A stretch of 63,430 nucleotides of DNA, filler included, from Rhabdomonas costata (taxonomy: Eukaryota), in NCBI GenBank assembly GCA_019059605.1. It is 40 parts of 40 records of this genome, joined end to end, with 100 filler letters (N's around TTAATTAATTAA, not from the genome) between each part and the next. Parts side by side here need not be neighbours in the genome. Positions count along the whole stretch, not along the records: positions 61,943 to 63,430 come from JAHMHO010014691.1; 39 more parts are not named here. One strand, 5' to 3'. The notes under the pieces are model-generated. The model made no database searches. It saw only the letters and a program-made list of their open reading frames with translations, and was not told the origin of the DNA. Every line of letters starts with the position of its first letter. The first letter of the stretch is position 1. This document shows positions 62,160 to 63,430 of this stretch, one piece after another. A program made the position numbers and the translations under genes.

Positions 62160-63430
62160 AGAACCACGTAAATCAGAGCCAAATCCTTACCATGTGGAGG
62201 CAAATTAGAGACTGCCACCCAAATGAACTCCAAAACGCCCAAGTCAGCGCGGTCCACATGACCACACTGGCGGCGAGCAGAAGGTGAAACACCGCGGTGA
62301 ATGGTATAACACAGGCTGTGTAGTGCCAAAGAGGCATGTTAAATAGGCAGCTGCGCAAATTTGGTCTCCACAGAAGATGTTAGGTCAGAGATTCCACACA
62401 AAAGAGTGCTAACTCCACCAGGACACATTATAGCTCCACACCATGATGAGGGCATCATAAGAAGCCACCTCATCACAACCGAAGGTGGAGCTAAACACTG
62501 GTGGTAGTACTCACACAAGAGTAATGCCGTCTAGAGGCCGGCTCCGCCTCGCCATCAATCCATAGAGGTCTGCGGAATTACAGCCACTAGTGCACGCGGT
62601 GACATCCGCACTACGGACGCGTAGTTGAAGCCTGATATCAGCGCATTCATCCAGATTGGCCTGCAGTATCTTGTGCACAATGGCGCACATATGCCGATGT
62701 GCCAGCAGTGACTCCGACAAGCTACTCACCTGATACACAAGCCCCTCAAAGTGTGTGGAATTACCCAGCAGCGCAACAGGTTCCGCAGTGGTGGAACTCC
62801 GCCCATCCTCTACAAATGAAGTTAGAGGCATGTGCTTGGAGGTCGAGCAACTGTTGCTGATTGATTTGGCAACCAACATCTCTAGCTTGTCCAGAATCTC
62901 CAGCGGAACGTTGGAGGCCAGCAATTTGAAGTGACTACCATATGTAACCTTACCGGTTGCGCCAAAATTGCTACAAGGCACTGGCGTAGAGAAGTACAGT
63001 CCGCCCACTTGGGCATCCAAATGCCCAGTTCATGGCAGCCCATGGTAGGCGAGTGCAGTGTGCACAGCAAGGCAATCAACGTTAATACTCAGCCACATTA
63101 GTGGTGGAAAGTATGTTAGTGAGCACCAGCCGAGAGAAATTGTTGTGAACGCTGCATAATGTCCACCTTCTGGCAGAGTCTGTGGAGACCCCATACCTAT
63201 TTGCAGCTTGTAACTAAAGTGACGCTACAACATTCCGTAAAGAAGGTGCCTGTGGTATATCAACATAATGAATCACATTCACGGCCACAATGTCCTGCCA
63301 AAAAGGAAGATGTTTTTCATCATAGCGCGTGCAAAGGATTGTGGTCTACGACGCCTGGTAGTGTAACAGCGTTTGCGCCTCTGCGAAGGCCACAACGGAG
63401 TAGATACACAAAGAATTCGACCACCACAAC

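Noticed and set aside
63040..63130. Minus-strand LPCCAHC resembling the hAT transposase CxxH motif
   Set aside because: Too short and surrounded by stops; no other hAT blocks identified.

Overview
This window is not a continuous locus. It is 40 unrelated contigs of about 1.49 kb, joined by 39 artificial 100-nt linkers (N44-TTAATTAATTAA-N44), so adjacency across a linker has no biological meaning. Many contig ends carry G/T-only tails (A/C-only at 3' ends) resembling whole-genome-amplification primers. The DNA is nuclear, from an intron-rich flagellated protist; the actin sequence points to a euglenid (inference). Recognisable spliced gene fragments: actin, gamma-tubulin, TRM5, IFT139/TTC21, a dynein heavy chain C-terminus, SPEF2, an EFCAB10-like protein, a DEAD-box helicase, two AGC kinases, a 5'-nucleotidase, an O-fucosyltransferase-like protein, a bacterial-type adenylate cyclase C-terminus and a TRPV-like channel exon. 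Most ORFs in the six-frame track are spurious. The non-coding DNA holds a dead Ty3/gypsy element, a possible Penelope-like RT remnant, a MITE-like family in two contigs, a second microsatellite-embedded repeat, helically phased A-tracts and degenerate TTAGGG-like tracts. I found no CRISPR, rRNA, tRNA or prokaryotic operon, and no complete new system can be demonstrated from 1.5-kb pieces. The best leads are relaxed splice donors (GC and a candidate GA), an intron flanked by a 10-bp direct repeat, the repeat families and the TRPV-like exon. All family assignments come from remembered motifs, not database searches.
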